A stretch of DNA of 64,000 nt from an uncultured Aliarcobacter sp. (GTDB lineage: Bacteria; Campylobacterota; Campylobacteria; Campylobacterales; Arcobacteraceae): the NCBI GenBank assembly GCA_963664305.2, contig CAXXLV010000001.1, positions 256,001-320,000 on the forward strand, in the 5' to 3' direction. The stretch's first letter is position 1, and each line of letters begins with the position of its first letter. Below are positions 21,651 through 33,657 of the stretch, piece after piece. Under the pieces are notes generated by a model that was not told the DNA's origin, did no database searches, and saw only the letters and a list, made by a program, of their open reading frames with translations. The translations under genes and the position numbers were made by a program.

Positions 21651-21779
21651 AAAATTCCTTTTAATATTCTAATAATATTTTCTTTTTAAAATACAATATT
21701 ATACCTATTTTTAAATAAATATAAATATAAGACTTAATCTATCTGATTTTGTTATGATTTTTGAAGTGTTTGAGAAAGC

Positions 21780-24659
21780 TTAAAAGCTTTCCCATTCGTC
21801 ATCATCTTTTGTTGATGAAGTAATATGTGCAGTATTTTTAGTTTCAATAGTATGTTTAACTTTTGGAGTTTCTATTTTAACTTGTGTTTCTTTTTTTTCT
21901 ACTTTTTCAATTACTTTTGTATCCATTACATTATCTCTTTTTATTTGATCTAAAGATTTAAATACATCCAATGTAGCTTTATCTAATTTTTGAGATAAAG
22001 TATTTAAAACATCTTTATCAGAGTTTGGTTTACAATCTTCATTTACATAATCTTGAACACTATTATGAACAAGGTCATGATTTGTTTTTAAACTTTTCCA
22101 GTTTTCAGTTTTTGTAAATGCTTTGCCACTATTTTCTTGCTCTAACATCCATTTTCCTAAATCACACTCTGATGATTTTGTTACACTCCATGTAACTTTA
22201 GAACTACCAACTTTATCAAAATTTGTTAATTTAAATCTAATATGATCATTTTTTAATTTAGAGATTTTAAATACTAAATCAATATCTTCAATCTCTTTTT
22301 TACTCATTTCTTTAAATTTAGCTCTATCTGCAATTTTTAGTAAATTTTCTGATAAGCTTGCTACTTCATTAGCTAAACCACTAATTATTGTCGCAGAATT
22401 TGCATTTACTTGAGTTGCTTGGTCTAAAGTATTTATCGTATCATTGATTTGAACAATACCTTTTTCTTCTTCTTTACTTCCTTGAGAAACATCTTCTATT
22501 AATGTAATTGTTTCATTAATTTTTGAATTAAGTGTAGAATAACCACCAATCATCTCATTAGCAATTGATTTTCCTTCATTTGCTTTTGCTGTTGCTATTT
22601 GAACAATATTTTTTATCTCTTTTGCAGCTTCAGCACTTCTACTTGCTAGATTTCTTACTTCTTGAGCAACAACAGCAAATCCTTTTCCAGCTTCTCCTGC
22701 AGTTGCAGCTTCAACAGCCGCATTTAAAGAAAGGATATTTGTTTGGAACGCTATTTGGTCAATAACTGTAATAGCATCATTGATTGATTTTACTTGTTCA
22801 TCAATATCATCCATTGCTCTATTTGTTTTAGAAGCTAATACTTCACCCTCTTTTGAAGACAGTTGTAATTCAGCTGCTAAATTTGACATTTGATGTACTT
22901 TTTGTACACTTGATTTTACAATTGATGTAATTTCTTCAACAGCAGCTGCAGTTTCTTCTAATGAAGCTGCTTGTTCATTTGCAGAAGCTGAAAGTTTATT
23001 TGCGGCATTTGATAAAACATTTGTATCTTCATTTAATTTTCTTCCACTTGTTACAATCATAGATAAGAATTCTGATACAGTAACTCCAATTAACTGTGTA
23101 CTTGCAGCTAATGAAGAAATAATACCATTTACTTTAGTTGTATCAATTTTTGAATCACCTATAGAGAAATTTGAATTTCCATATTCAATTAAAATATTAT
23201 TTAAACCTACAAGATTTTCATTTGTTCTATCAATCATAGAATTAATTGAATCTCTTAATTTTTGAATTTGAGGATTTGAAGATGTCTTTTCTATTTTATA
23301 TACATAGAATCCATTTATTACTTTTTCAATAACTTCATCAACATTCTCAATTACTTTTGCATCTTCTTCATATCCAGCTTTTAATTTTCCTATATAACCA
23401 TTAAAGCTATCAACTAATTGTCCAATTTCATCATTTGATTTCTTTTCAATATGGTCTGCATTTGTATTTCCTTCTGAAATATTTACTACAGCTTCATTTA
23501 AATTTTCTAAAGGTTTAATTATTGTTTGTTTGATGAAATAATTATAAATTAAATATATGATAATAATAGCAATTAAAGAGAAAATACTCATACTTACAAT
23601 AATATTATTTATTTGTGTATTTGTATTTTTTTCCATTAATGCAACTTCATTTTCTATGTCATCAACATATGCGCCAGTTCCAATAATCCAATCCCAAGGC
23701 TCAAATCTTTGTACATAAGAGAATTTTTCTTTTGGATCATTCTTTTTCTCTGGCTTATCCCACCAATATTTTACTAAACCACCAGCTTTATTTTCATTTG
23801 AAACTTTTGCCATCTCAACGAAAAGTTTTTTACCTTTTGCATCTGCACTATTTGATAAATCTTGTCCATTTAAAGCAGGTTTAATTGGATGCATAATCAT
23901 CTTTGGTTTTGAATCGTTAATCCAAAAATAATCATTATTTGCATATCTCATTTCAGAAAGTGTTTTTAATGCTTCATCTTGCATTTTAGTAGTTACATCA
24001 TCAACATATTCACCTGTTCCAATTACCCAATTATATGGTTTAAAAAGTTTTACAAATGAAACTTTAGGTTGAGGAGTATTAAATCCTGGCTTTGGCCAAA
24101 CATAATCAACAAAACCTTCTCCATTTTTCTTTGCAACATCTGCAAATTCAAAAAAGATTCTTTTACCTGCTTCATCTTTATAATCAGCCATATTTTTACC
24201 ATTTAATGCTGGCTTAATAGGGTGTGTTACAATAACAGCATCAGTATCATTTACCCAAAAATATCCTGTTTTTCCATATCTAGTTGCATCAATTATATTT
24301 TTTAATCTATACTTTAATGCTTCTTCAGATAATGAACCTTTTAATTTATCATACTCTGATTCTAAAATTGAAAAAAGAAAATTTGTTTGTGTTTTTAAAT
24401 CTTCTTGAACTTCAACTTTAATCTTATCAATTGCAGTTCTACCATAGTAGGCTTCCACTGTTTTGATAGCTAAAGAAACATAATTTTTTAATTCTGCTTC
24501 TTTTTTAACATATGCTTCTTCTTTAAATTTTTCAATGTTTTCTTTCGAAAACTTTTTAATAGAATATATTGAATCAATAGTAATTGCTACTGAAATAACT
24601 ATTATTGAAATTAAAGAAAGGATTAAAATTTTACCTTTTATAGACATGTTAGAAAACAT
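21780..24659 (-). CDS. Methyl-accepting chemotaxis protein: two Cache sensor domains, HAMP, MA domain, C-terminal CZB domain
   Basis: Duplicated YFW.ND...[47 protein letters not shown]...CDLGKWM...HDLVH. Confidence 0.92.
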   Translation of the reverse strand: MFSNMSIKGKILILSLISIIVISVAITIDSIYSIKKFSKENIEKFKEEAYVKKEAELKNYVSLAIKTVEAYYGRTAIDKIKVEVQEDLKTQTNFLFSILESEYDKLKGSLSEEALKYRLKNIIDATRYGKTGYFWVNDTDAVIVTHPIKPALNGKNMADYKDEAGKRIFFEFADVAKKNGEGFVDYVWPKPGFNTPQPKVSFVKLFKPYNWVIGTGEYVDDVTTKMQDEALKTLSEMRYANNDYFWINDSKPKMIMHPIKPALNGQDLSNSADAKGKKLFVEMAKVSNENKAGGLVKYWWDKPEKKNDPKEKFSYVQRFEPWDWIIGTGAYVDDIENEVALMEKNTNTQINNIIVSMSIFSLIAIIIIYLIYNYFIKQTIIKPLENLNEAVVNISEGNTNADHIEKKSNDEIGQLVDSFNGYIGKLKAGYEEDAKVIENVDEVIEKVINGFYVYKIEKTSSNPQIQKLRDSINSMIDRTNENLVGLNNILIEYGNSNFSIGDSKIDTTKVNGIISSLAASTQLIGVTVSEFLSMIVTSGRKLNEDTNVLSNAANKLSASANEQAASLEETAAAVEEITSIVKSSVQKVHQMSNLAAELQLSSKEGEVLASKTNRAMDDIDEQVKSINDAITVIDQIAFQTNILSLNAAVEAATAGEAGKGFAVVAQEVRNLASRSAEAAKEIKNIVQIATAKANEGKSIANEMIGGYSTLNSKINETITLIEDVSQGSKEEEKGIVQINDTINTLDQATQVNANSATIISGLANEVASLSENLLKIADRAKFKEMSKKEIEDIDLVFKISKLKNDHIRFKLTNFDKVGSSKVTWSVTKSSECDLGKWMLEQENSGKAFTKTENWKSLKTNHDLVHNSVQDYVNEDCKPNSDKDVLNTLSQKLDKATLDVFKSLDQIKRDNVMDTKVIEKVEKKETQVKIETPKVKHTIETKNTAHITSSTKDDDEWESF

Positions 24660-24724
24660 TCAACTCTCCATAGTTTTTATTGTATATATAATATCTATTG
24701 TAGTGCTAATTTGTCAAGTTTTTG

Positions 24725-26254
24725 TTAATTTAATAAGTTTTTTGCAAAATCAATTGCTTCAGAAGTTACATTCTCACCACTTATCATTCTTGCGATTTCA
24801 TTTATTCTTTCTTTATTATTTAATAATTTTACAGTTGATATTCCATTATGTTTATCTACCAAAAAATGTTGATTTGCACTTGAAGTTAATTGAGGCTGAT
24901 GAGAAATTGCAAAAATTTGGTAAGATTTACTTAATCTCGTAAGTACTTTTGATATTGCATCACTCTCTTTTCCACTTAAATTTGCATCAATTTCATCTAA
25001 AAATAATATTCCATTATCAACAATATCAAATTCGCTCATTGATGTAAGAAGAGCTAATCTTAATCTATTATATTCTCCTGAACTGATTGTTTCTAAAGAG
25101 ACTCCATTTAATTCAAAAAAAACTTCATCAATTCCTGTAAAATCAAGATTTTTATTTTTTAATATAATTTTTGCATTACTTAAATACAAAAATTTTAAAT
25201 ATTCATTTATTTTTTCTTCTAAAATTAAAACAGAATCTTTTCTATATTTTGAAATTAAAGATGCCAATTTATCTATTTCATTGTTTAATTCTTCATATTT
25301 TTTTTCTAGTTTTTCTTTTTGAAAGAAAATATTCTCATAAGATTCTAATTCAACTTTTTTTTCTTCTTTATATTTTAAACACTCTTCTATTGAACCAAAT
25401 CTTTTTTGTAAAGATGATAGCTTTTCAATTCTATCCAAAACTTTTTCGATATTTGTATCTTCTAATTCATGTAATGTATCAGAAAACTTTTCAAATATAT
25501 TATTTAATTCATTCATAGCTTCATCAAAAAAATTAGAATCAACTTCCATCAATTCTAAAGCATTTATAACACTATGATTAAATTCAAATATTGGTGATGC
25601 TTTTTTAATCGCAACTTCAATTTTTTCTTTTTTTGCCAATTTCTTTTTTAACGAATTTAACTCTTCATATTCATCAACTGATGGATTAATTTGTTCAATT
25701 TTATCAATCTCAAATTTTGCAAATTCTTTTAAATCTTCAAGTTTTTTTTCATCTTCTTTTATTTTATCTAACTCTTTTTTTGTCTTTTGTAACTCTTTAT
25801 ATAAACTATCAAAATTATCTTTTATCTCTTTAAACTCTTTAGTACTTTTTAGAGTTAATTTATCTAAAAAATCTATCAATTTTGGACTATCAAATTCTGA
25901 TGTATCTTTTAAATTTAAATGTTTTATTAATCTTGTAGAAAAATCAGAAAGATTCTTTTTTGAAATTGTTTGATTATTTAAAAAATATCTTACTTTATCT
26001 TTTTTAATACTTTTTATTACAATTTCATCATCAACTGAAATATCAAAAGTTTCATCACAAATATTTGTTTCACTTAAAATAACTTCACCAATATTTGCTT
26101 TTACTTCTGATAATGCAAATAGTGATAAAATTGATTGCATTAAAATAGATTTACCAGCACCACTTGGTCCTGTAAAAATATTTAAACCTTTATCAAACTC
26201 TAAATCAACTTCATCAAAAGACAAACACTCTTTTAAATAAACTCTAGTAATCAA
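24725..26254 (-). CDS. recN: DNA repair protein RecN
   Basis: TGPSGAGKS, SSGEYNRLRLA, FLDEIDANLSG, ISHQPQL; downstream of the NAD kinase. Confidence 0.93.
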   Translation of the reverse strand: MITRVYLKECLSFDEVDLEFDKGLNIFTGPSGAGKSILMQSILSLFALSEVKANIGEVILSETNICDETFDISVDDEIVIKSIKKDKVRYFLNNQTISKKNLSDFSTRLIKHLNLKDTSEFDSPKLIDFLDKLTLKSTKEFKEIKDNFDSLYKELQKTKKELDKIKEDEKKLEDLKEFAKFEIDKIEQINPSVDEYEELNSLKKKLAKKEKIEVAIKKASPIFEFNHSVINALELMEVDSNFFDEAMNELNNIFEKFSDTLHELEDTNIEKVLDRIEKLSSLQKRFGSIEECLKYKEEKKVELESYENIFFQKEKLEKKYEELNNEIDKLASLISKYRKDSVLILEEKINEYLKFLYLSNAKIILKNKNLDFTGIDEVFFELNGVSLETISSGEYNRLRLALLTSMSEFDIVDNGILFLDEIDANLSGKESDAISKVLTRLSKSYQIFAISHQPQLTSSANQHFLVDKHNGISTVKLLNNKERINEIARMISGENVTSEAIDFAKNLLN

Positions 26255-26257
26255 TTT

Positions 26258-27124
26258 TTAATTTCCCCATCTTAATTTCTCATTTAAAACTTCAAAATAA
26301 TTTCTTTGAATTCGATGTAACATTTTTGCTTTTTTATTTGCTATATTTATTTTAATTGATTGATTTTGTTCTATTTCATAAATATCTTGTCCATCAACAA
26401 TCACAACAGCACCTTGATTGTCCATAATTTTAAACTCTATTTCAAAATATGCAGGCATTACAAGAGGTCTTTGAGTTAGCGAATGAGGAGCAATAGGTGT
26501 AATAATAAATGCCTCTGTTAAAGGATAAACCAAAGGTCCTCCAACAGATAAATTATATGCCGTTGAACCAGTTGGTGTTGAAATAATTACACCATCGCCA
26601 TAATATGTATTAAAAGATTTTCCATCTATTTTACCTTTGATTTTTATCATTGATGAAATAGATTTTCTTGAAATTACAATATCATTAAAAGCAACAAATT
26701 TGTTTAAATTTACGCTTCCTTCAACCATCATTCTATTATCAATTTTATATATATTATTTTTTAAATCTTTAATAAATTCTGGTAATTGCTCCATTGAAAT
26801 ATCTGTTAAAAATCCTAATGTACCAAGATTTATTCCTAAAACTGGTTTATCATATTTAAATGATTTTCTAACTACTGAAAGTAAAGTTCCATCTCCACCA
26901 ACAGAGATTAGAAAATCTACTTTATTACATAATTCTTCTAATGAATAACCTTCTAATCCAATCATTGCAGCAGAATTATTTTCAAGTAAAATTTCTATAT
27001 TTGAATCTTCAAATAATTTTTTTATTTCATAAAAAGTATTTTTTAATTCAGGACTTGATGGCCTTAGAATAACACCTGCAGTTTTAATAGTTGGCAATAG
27101 TTCATGATTATTTTCTATTCTCAA
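26258..27124 (-). CDS. nadK: NAD(+) kinase
   Basis: GGDGT, NDIVI, DGVIISTPTGSTAYNLS. Confidence 0.96.
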   Translation of the reverse strand: MRIENNHELLPTIKTAGVILRPSSPELKNTFYEIKKLFEDSNIEILLENNSAAMIGLEGYSLEELCNKVDFLISVGGDGTLLSVVRKSFKYDKPVLGINLGTLGFLTDISMEQLPEFIKDLKNNIYKIDNRMMVEGSVNLNKFVAFNDIVISRKSISSMIKIKGKIDGKSFNTYYGDGVIISTPTGSTAYNLSVGGPLVYPLTEAFIITPIAPHSLTQRPLVMPAYFEIEFKIMDNQGAVVIVDGQDIYEIEQNQSIKINIANKKAKMLHRIQRNYFEVLNEKLRWGN

Positions 27125-27210
27125 GTTTTATCCATTTTTTAAATTTATTTAAAATATTTTGATTTATTCTATCTAATTAATATATAAAATAATTTAAATA
27201 AATTTAATTC

Positions 27211-27246
27211 AAAAAAAAAGGGATATGCAAATGCACATCCCTTTTT
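27211..27246 (-). terminator. Intrinsic terminator after fusA
   Basis: Minus strand reads AAAAAGGGATGTGCA-TT-TGCATATCCC followed by a T-run. Confidence 0.8.
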
Positions 27247-27266
27247 AATTTTAAGAAAAGTTAAAA

Positions 27267-29372
27267 TTAACCATTTCTCTTTTTCATAATTTCTTCTGAA
27301 ACATTTTTTGGAACTTCAGAATAGTTATCAAAAATCATTGAGTATGTAGCTCTACCTTGAGACATAGATCTTAAGTCTGTAGAGTATCCGAACATTTCTG
27401 ATAATGGAATCATTGCAGTAACTAATTTGATACCAGCTCTGTCATCCATAGATTGAACTTGTCCTCTTCTTTTATTACAATCCCCAATAACATCTCCCAT
27501 ATAATCTTCAGGAGTTTCAATTTCAACTTTCATGATTGGCTCAAGAATAACTGCACCAGCAGCTGCACTTCTACAAGCTTGTTTGAATCCCATTGAAGCA
27601 GCTAATTTAAATGCCATCTCAGATGAGTCAACGTCGTGGTAAGAACCGTCATAAACAGTAACTTCGATATCAACCATTGGATATCCAGCTAAAATACCAC
27701 CTTGCATTGCTTCCGCACAACCTTTTTCAACTGCAGGAATATATTCTTTTGGAATTACCCCACCTTTAATATCATTGTTGAATTTAAAGTTTTCTTCGCT
27801 TCCAACTAATGGTTTAATTTCTAAGAATACGTGACCGTATTGACCTTTACCACCAGATTGTTTTGCATATTTATATTCTTGTTTAACAGCATTTCTGATA
27901 GTTTCTCTATAAGCAACTTGTGGTGCTCCAACTTCAGCTTCTACTTTAAACTCTCTTTTCATCCTGTCAACAATAATTTCTAAGTGTAATTCACCCATTC
28001 CAGAAATAATTGTTTGACCAGTTTCTTCATCAGTATTTACTCTGAATGAAGGATCTTCTTCAGCTAATTTTCCTAAAGCAATACCCATTTTCTCTTGGTC
28101 AGCTTTTGTTTTTGGCTCAACTGCAACAGAGATAACTGGTTCTGGGAATTCCATTCTTTCTAAGATAACAGGATCTTTTTCAGAAGCTAATGTATCTCCA
28201 GTAATTGTATATTTTAATCCAACAACAGCTCCAATTTCTCCAGCATAAAGCTCTTTAATCTCTTCTCTGTTATTAGCATGCATTTTAAGTAATCTTCCGA
28301 TTCTTTCTTTTTTCATTTTTGTTGAATTTAATACATATGTTCCAGATTCTAAGATTCCTCTATAAACCCTTGCAAATGTTAATTGTCCAACGAATGGGTC
28401 AGTCATAATTTTAAATGCTAATGCTGCAACTTCACCATTATCACTTGAAGGAACGATAACTGCTTCACCATCTTGAGTTTCACCATTAATATCAGCAACT
28501 TCTGTTGGAGCTGGTAAATACATAGCAACTGCATCTAGTAAAGTTTGAACCCCTTTATTTTTGAAAGCTGTTCCACAAGTCATTGGAGTAATTTCCATTG
28601 CTAAACATCTTTTTTTAAGTCCTGCAACGATTTCTTCTTCAGTTAATTCAATACCTTCTAAGTATTTTTCCATTAATTCTTCAGAAGATTCAGCAGCAGC
28701 TTCAACCATTTTTTCTCTATATTCATTAGCTTGATCAACTAAATCAGCTGGAATTTCTTCAACATGGTAGTTTGAACCCATTGCCGCATCATCATCCCAA
28801 ACGATTGCTTTCATTTGAACTAAATCTACAATACCTTTGTAGTTTTCTTCTGCACCAATTGGAATTTGAATTGGAACTGGATTTGCTTTTAATCTTTCAG
28901 AAACTTGTCTTTCAACGCTAAAGAAATCTGCACCAGTTCTATCCATTTTATTAACGAATATCATTCTTGGTACTCTATATTTATTAGCTTGTCTCCAAAC
29001 TGTTTCAGATTGTGGTTGAACCCCACCAACAGAACAGAATACTGCAACAGCACCATCAAGAACCCTCATAGATCTCTCAACTTCAATTGTAAAGTCAACG
29101 TGACCCGGAGTGTCAATGATGTTTATTTGTAATTGTTCTTTAGTTTTTGGGTGTGTCCAATGACAAGTTGTAGCAGCAGAAGTAATTGTAATACCTCTTT
29201 CTTGCTCTTGCTCCATCCAGTCCATTGTTGCAGCACCTTCGTGAACCTCACCAATTTTGTGTGAAACACCTGTATAGAATAAAATTCTTTCAGTAGTTGT
29301 TGTTTTTCCTGCATCAATGTGAGCAGCAATACCGATATTTCTAACTCTGTTAAGTGGTGTTTTTCTTGCCAT
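27267..29372 (-). CDS. fusA: Elongation factor G
   Basis: [23 protein letters not shown]. Confidence 0.99.
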   Translation of the reverse strand: MARKTPLNRVRNIGIAAHIDAGKTTTTERILFYTGVSHKIGEVHEGAATMDWMEQEQERGITITSAATTCHWTHPKTKEQLQINIIDTPGHVDFTIEVERSMRVLDGAVAVFCSVGGVQPQSETVWRQANKYRVPRMIFVNKMDRTGADFFSVERQVSERLKANPVPIQIPIGAEENYKGIVDLVQMKAIVWDDDAAMGSNYHVEEIPADLVDQANEYREKMVEAAAESSEELMEKYLEGIELTEEEIVAGLKKRCLAMEITPMTCGTAFKNKGVQTLLDAVAMYLPAPTEVADINGETQDGEAVIVPSSDNGEVAALAFKIMTDPFVGQLTFARVYRGILESGTYVLNSTKMKKERIGRLLKMHANNREEIKELYAGEIGAVVGLKYTITGDTLASEKDPVILERMEFPEPVISVAVEPKTKADQEKMGIALGKLAEEDPSFRVNTDEETGQTIISGMGELHLEIIVDRMKREFKVEAEVGAPQVAYRETIRNAVKQEYKYAKQSGGKGQYGHVFLEIKPLVGSEENFKFNNDIKGGVIPKEYIPAVEKGCAEAMQGGILAGYPMVDIEVTVYDGSYHDVDSSEMAFKLAASMGFKQACRSAAAGAVILEPIMKVEIETPEDYMGDVIGDCNKRRGQVQSMDDRAGIKLVTAMIPLSEMFGYSTDLRSMSQGRATYSMIFDNYSEVPKNVSEEIMKKRNG

Positions 29373-29381
29373 ATTATAATC

Positions 29382-29861
<480 letters not shown>

Positions 29862-29865
29862 CTAC

Positions 29866-30249
29866 TTATTTTTTACCGGCTTTTGGTCTTTTAGTACCAT
29901 ATTTAGATCTTGCAACAGTTCTGTTTGCAACACCAGCAGTATCTAACGCACCTCTAACGATGTGGTATTTAACCCCAGGTAAATCCTTAACTCTTCCCCC
30001 TCTTACTAACACAATTGAGTGTTCTTGTAAGTTGTGACCTTCTCCACCGATATATGAAATAACTTCAAATCCTGTTGTTAATCTAACTTTTGCAACTTTT
30101 CTTAAAGCCGAGTTAGGTTTTTTAGGTGTAGTTGTATATACTCTTGTACATACTCCTCTTCTTTGTGGACACTCTTTAAGTGCTGGTGATTTAGATTTTT
30201 TAATCACCTTTTTTCGCTCATTTCTTACAAGCTGATTGATTGTAGGCAT
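29866..30249 (-). CDS. rpsL: 30S ribosomal protein S12
   Basis: [20 protein letters not shown]. Confidence 0.99.
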   Translation of the reverse strand: MPTINQLVRNERKKVIKKSKSPALKECPQRRGVCTRVYTTTPKKPNSALRKVAKVRLTTGFEVISYIGGEGHNLQEHSIVLVRGGRVKDLPGVKYHIVRGALDTAGVANRTVARSKYGTKRPKAGKK

Positions 30250-30378
30250 TTCTTTCCTTTATATAAATTGGTTTGAGTAATTATAAGCTTTACTCAAGCT
30301 TCTCGTGCAAATCAACATTAAGTTGAAACGATACTCCGATTCTAGGAAACTTGGTAGAGTTTTCTAAAAAAGTTCAGG

Positions 30379-30390
30379 ATTATACTTAAA
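30379..30390 (-). promoter_or_regulatory. Probable sigma70 promoter of the rpsL-rpsG-fusA operon
   Basis: Minus strand TTTAAG-TATAAT, about 130 nt upstream of the rpsL start. Confidence 0.6.
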
Positions 30391-30489
30391 ATAATATTAA
30401 AAATATCTTATGCTAAATTATTTGTTATATTAAGTTTGAAGTTATCTTTTTTTACTAAAATTCGAAAAAATAAAAAAGGTAAAAAATAT

Positions 30490-31641
30490 ATGACTAAACA
30501 ATTATTCCCTTTAGCGTTGGGAGGTTTAGCAATAGGAACTACTGAATTTATAATTATGGGATTACTTCCTGATGTTGCAAATTCAATAGATGTTTCTATT
30601 CCTGTTGCTGGACACCTCATCTCTGCTTATGCATTTGGAGTTGTTATTGGAGCTCCAACATTAGTTGCACTTAGTGCAAAATTTCCTCCAAAATATATAC
30701 TAATTACATTAATGATTTTATTTACAATATTCAACGCTTTCTCAATTATTGCACCTGATTACAATACACTTTTAATATCACGATTTTTTGCAGGCCTTCC
30801 CCATGGAGCATTTTTTGGAGTTGGAACTGTAGTTGCAACAAAATTAGCTCAAAAAGGCAAAGAAGCACAAGCTATTTCATCCATGTTTACAGGACTTACT
30901 ATTGCAATTTTACTTATGGTTCCATTTGTTACTTTTATTGGGCATAGTCTTCATTGGAGATATGCTTTTGCAATAGTTTCATTACTTGGATTATTAACAA
31001 TTTTATCTTTATATCTTTGGTTGCCAAAATTAAAACCTTTAAAAACTGTAACTTTCAAAGAAGAGTTAGAATTTTTCAAAACAATTAAAGCTTGGCATAT
31101 TTTAACTATTGTTGCGATTGGTTTTGGAGGACTGTTTACTTGGTTTAGTTATATTGCTCCTCTTTTAATTCATGTATCACAATTTGATGCTTCAAGTGTT
31201 TCATATTTAATGATTGTTGCTGGTGCTGGTATGGTTGTTGGTAATATTTTAGGTGGTTATTTAGCTGATAAAAAAGACCCTGCAATCGCAACTATAATGC
31301 TTTTATCATTTATGGTTATTTCACTTATTTTAGTATTCTTTTTTTCAGAGAATAAAATCATTTCTGTTCTTCTTACTTTTATTTGTGGAGCTTTAGCTAT
31401 GTCAATTGGTACACCAATTAATATGGTAATGTTAAAAAGTGCAAAACACTCAGAAATGTTAGCTGCTGCATTTATGCAAGCTGCATTTAATGTTGCAAAT
31501 TCGTTGGGAGCATTTTTTGGAGGAATACCTCTATTTTTTGGTTTGTCTTATAATTATCCTTCACTTGTAGGTGCAATTATGGCTGGAACTGGTGCTTTAT
31601 TATGTGTAATGTTTTATAAAAAATATCAACAAAGTTTTTAA
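30490..31641 (+). CDS. MFS transporter, DHA1/AraJ-like
   Basis: LALGGLAIGTTEFIIMGLLP, SRFFAGLPHGAFFG; start moved to ATG at 30490. Confidence 0.88.
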   Translation: MTKQLFPLALGGLAIGTTEFIIMGLLPDVANSIDVSIPVAGHLISAYAFGVVIGAPTLVALSAKFPPKYILITLMILFTIFNAFSIIAPDYNTLLISRFFAGLPHGAFFGVGTVVATKLAQKGKEAQAISSMFTGLTIAILLMVPFVTFIGHSLHWRYAFAIVSLLGLLTILSLYLWLPKLKPLKTVTFKEELEFFKTIKAWHILTIVAIGFGGLFTWFSYIAPLLIHVSQFDASSVSYLMIVAGAGMVVGNILGGYLADKKDPAIATIMLLSFMVISLILVFFFSENKIISVLLTFICGALAMSIGTPINMVMLKSAKHSEMLAAAFMQAAFNVANSLGAFFGGIPLFFGLSYNYPSLVGAIMAGTGALLCVMFYKKYQQSF

Positions 31642-31642
31642 A

Positions 31643-32458
31643 TCATCTATATGATGATTTTGAACTTTTTATTTTTACGTTATAAAAACCATTATTAGCT
31701 AAAAATATTCTTATTTCTTGGTCTATAAACTTATTTTTTGGTCCTTTTATTATCTCTAATATTGGTTCATTTTCTTCATTAAAGTTATCAAATTTTAGTT
31801 CAAAATATGGTATCAAATTTCCACAAACTGCACGAAATAGCATCGTTGAAATATTCTTTTTAAAAATAAATCTTTTAGTTTCTTTATCTTCAATAATTAA
31901 AGGTGTATGAATAAGTCTAATTTCTTGTTCTTCCATAAAAAGTTCATTTTTTGATTTAGCTGATAAATAATTTATTTCATTTATAATATTTTCACAAAAC
32001 TCTTCAAATTCAAAAGCTGAAAAATCAAATTTATCTTCAAATTTAAAAAGAGGTTCTAATATCTCTTCAATCTCTTTTTTTTGTTGTTCTTCATCATACA
32101 AAACTTTTGATGTTTTTATTAGTTTATTCTCTTTAAAATATTCAGTATTAAATCCAATAGCAACACCATATCCATCATTTGCATAGGCTCTCCATTGACT
32201 TAATAAATCTTCACCTTTTGAAAAAGAAGCGATATAAACATTTGGTTGTTTTTTTTCATATAATTTTAAAAATGTATTAAACTTTTCATAATTATTTTTT
32301 GTTGTTAATTCTTGAATTCTTTTTAAAACTTTTTCTTTAATCCAATGAATTTCTTTATAGTCATTTAAATTATAAACTGAACTAAGCCATAAAGTTTTAT
32401 TTTGTATTATTGCTTTAAAAGCATCAACATTACAATAATGATACATGATGTTTCCCAT
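31643..32458 (-). CDS. DUF2971 domain protein
   Basis: YHYC...LWLS...LNDYKE...SFS..DLLSQWRAYANDGYGVAIGF...EQEIRL; start at 32458 behind AGGAG. Confidence 0.75.
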   Translation of the reverse strand: MGNIMYHYCNVDAFKAIIQNKTLWLSSVYNLNDYKEIHWIKEKVLKRIQELTTKNNYEKFNTFLKLYEKKQPNVYIASFSKGEDLLSQWRAYANDGYGVAIGFNTEYFKENKLIKTSKVLYDEEQQKKEIEEILEPLFKFEDKFDFSAFEFEEFCENIINEINYLSAKSKNELFMEEQEIRLIHTPLIIEDKETKRFIFKKNISTMLFRAVCGNLIPYFELKFDNFNEENEPILEIIKGPKNKFIDQEIRIFLANNGFYNVKIKSSKSSYR

Positions 32459-32483
32459 GATAATCTCCTGTAATTTTAATAAC

Positions 32484-32930
32484 TTATTTCTCTTTATAAA
32501 TCCCTGCACCTATTAGTTGATTTTCGCCAATACCAATAACAAAAGATGTCTTTAATGTTTGTTCATCTTTTGTAGGATGATCCCAAACATAATCAACCCA
32601 ACCTGAACCATCAGATTTTACTTTATCTATGAAATTTTTAAATAATTGATTTCCAGCTTTATCTTTATATTTGTAAAGATTTTTTCCTTTTAAAGGTTTT
32701 TTAGGATGAGCAGTAATAACTCCATCAAAATCATTTGCCCAAATGTATAAATCACCATTTACAAATTCACTTTCAGGTTTATTAAATTCTTCAACACAAG
32801 CTGTTACACCAACTTTTTTGCAAAATTCTAAACCTTTCATAACAAGTGCTTTTGCTTCATCTTGTGTACTTGCATTTGCAAATGAAGAACATAATATAAT
32901 TAAAGTGGCTAATTTAAATATTTTATTCAT
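32484..32930 (-). CDS. Stand-alone secreted/periplasmic Cache-domain protein
   Basis: Signal peptide (…SSFANA), LYIWAND.DG...HP...LKGKN...D..G...GSGWVDYVW.HP. Confidence 0.8.
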   Translation of the reverse strand: MNKIFKLATLIILCSSFANASTQDEAKALVMKGLEFCKKVGVTACVEEFNKPESEFVNGDLYIWANDFDGVITAHPKKPLKGKNLYKYKDKAGNQLFKNFIDKVKSDGSGWVDYVWDHPTKDEQTLKTSFVIGIGENQLIGAGIYKEK

Positions 32931-33003
32931 AACTTTTCCTTAGTTATTTTATAAATCTTTACGATTAATTAATAAATTCTATTCTACCTTAAAATCTAAA
33001 AAA

Positions 33004-33657
33004 CTATATGTTTATTTCTAATTTTTTAGATTCTAACTTATAAATTGTGGGAGTTAATTGTTGAATAAATGATTTATGATGAGAGATTATTACCATAGAT
33101 TTTTTTATTGAATTTAAAATATTTATAATTCTTTTTTCAGAATTTTCATCTAAGGCATTTGTTGGTTCATCTAAAAGTAAAATTTTTGGTTTAGTTATCA
33201 AAATACCAGCAAGTGCAACAATTTTTTGTTCACCACCACTTAATTCATAAATTATTCTATCTTTTAAGTGTGATATTTCTAACTCTTCTAGCATTTCTAA
33301 AGCTTTTAGATAAGCCTCTTCTTTTTTTGTTCCTGTAGTTCTTAAACTAAACATTACATCTTCAATAACAGTTGCAGATAAAAAGAAACTGCTAATATCT
33401 TGAGGTAAATATCCAACTTCAAAACGAAAATTTCTATAATCTTTTTTATTTTTAATCAAATTATGAAAAAGATATAACTCCCCAGAATAAGACTCGTCAA
33501 GTCCTGCGATTATTCTAAGAAGTGAACTTTTACCAACACCATTTGAGCCAATAATTGCAACTTTTTCTTCATGTCCTACACTTAGATTTATATTTTCAAA
33601 TAAAAGATTACTTCCATTTGAATATGAAACATTTTTTAATGTTATAGAACAACTCAT
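33004..33657 (-). CDS. ECF Ni/Co transporter ATPase (CbiO/NikO)
   Basis: GSNGVGKS, LSGGEQK, LLLDEPT; last gene of the cbiM/nikM operon. Confidence 0.85.
   Translation of the reverse strand: MSCSITLKNVSYSNGSNLLFENINLSVGHEEKVAIIGSNGVGKSSLLRIIAGLDESYSGELYLFHNLIKNKKDYRNFRFEVGYLPQDISSFFLSATVIEDVMFSLRTTGTKKEEAYLKALEMLEELEISHLKDRIIYELSGGEQKIVALAGILITKPKILLLDEPTNALDENSEKRIINILNSIKKSMVIISHHKSFIQQLTPTIYKLESKKLEINI

Noticed and set aside
24535..25518. Plus-strand ORFs of 135 and 115 aa opposite the MCP and recN
   Set aside because: Low-complexity F/L/I-rich translations typical of the reverse strand of AT-rich genes
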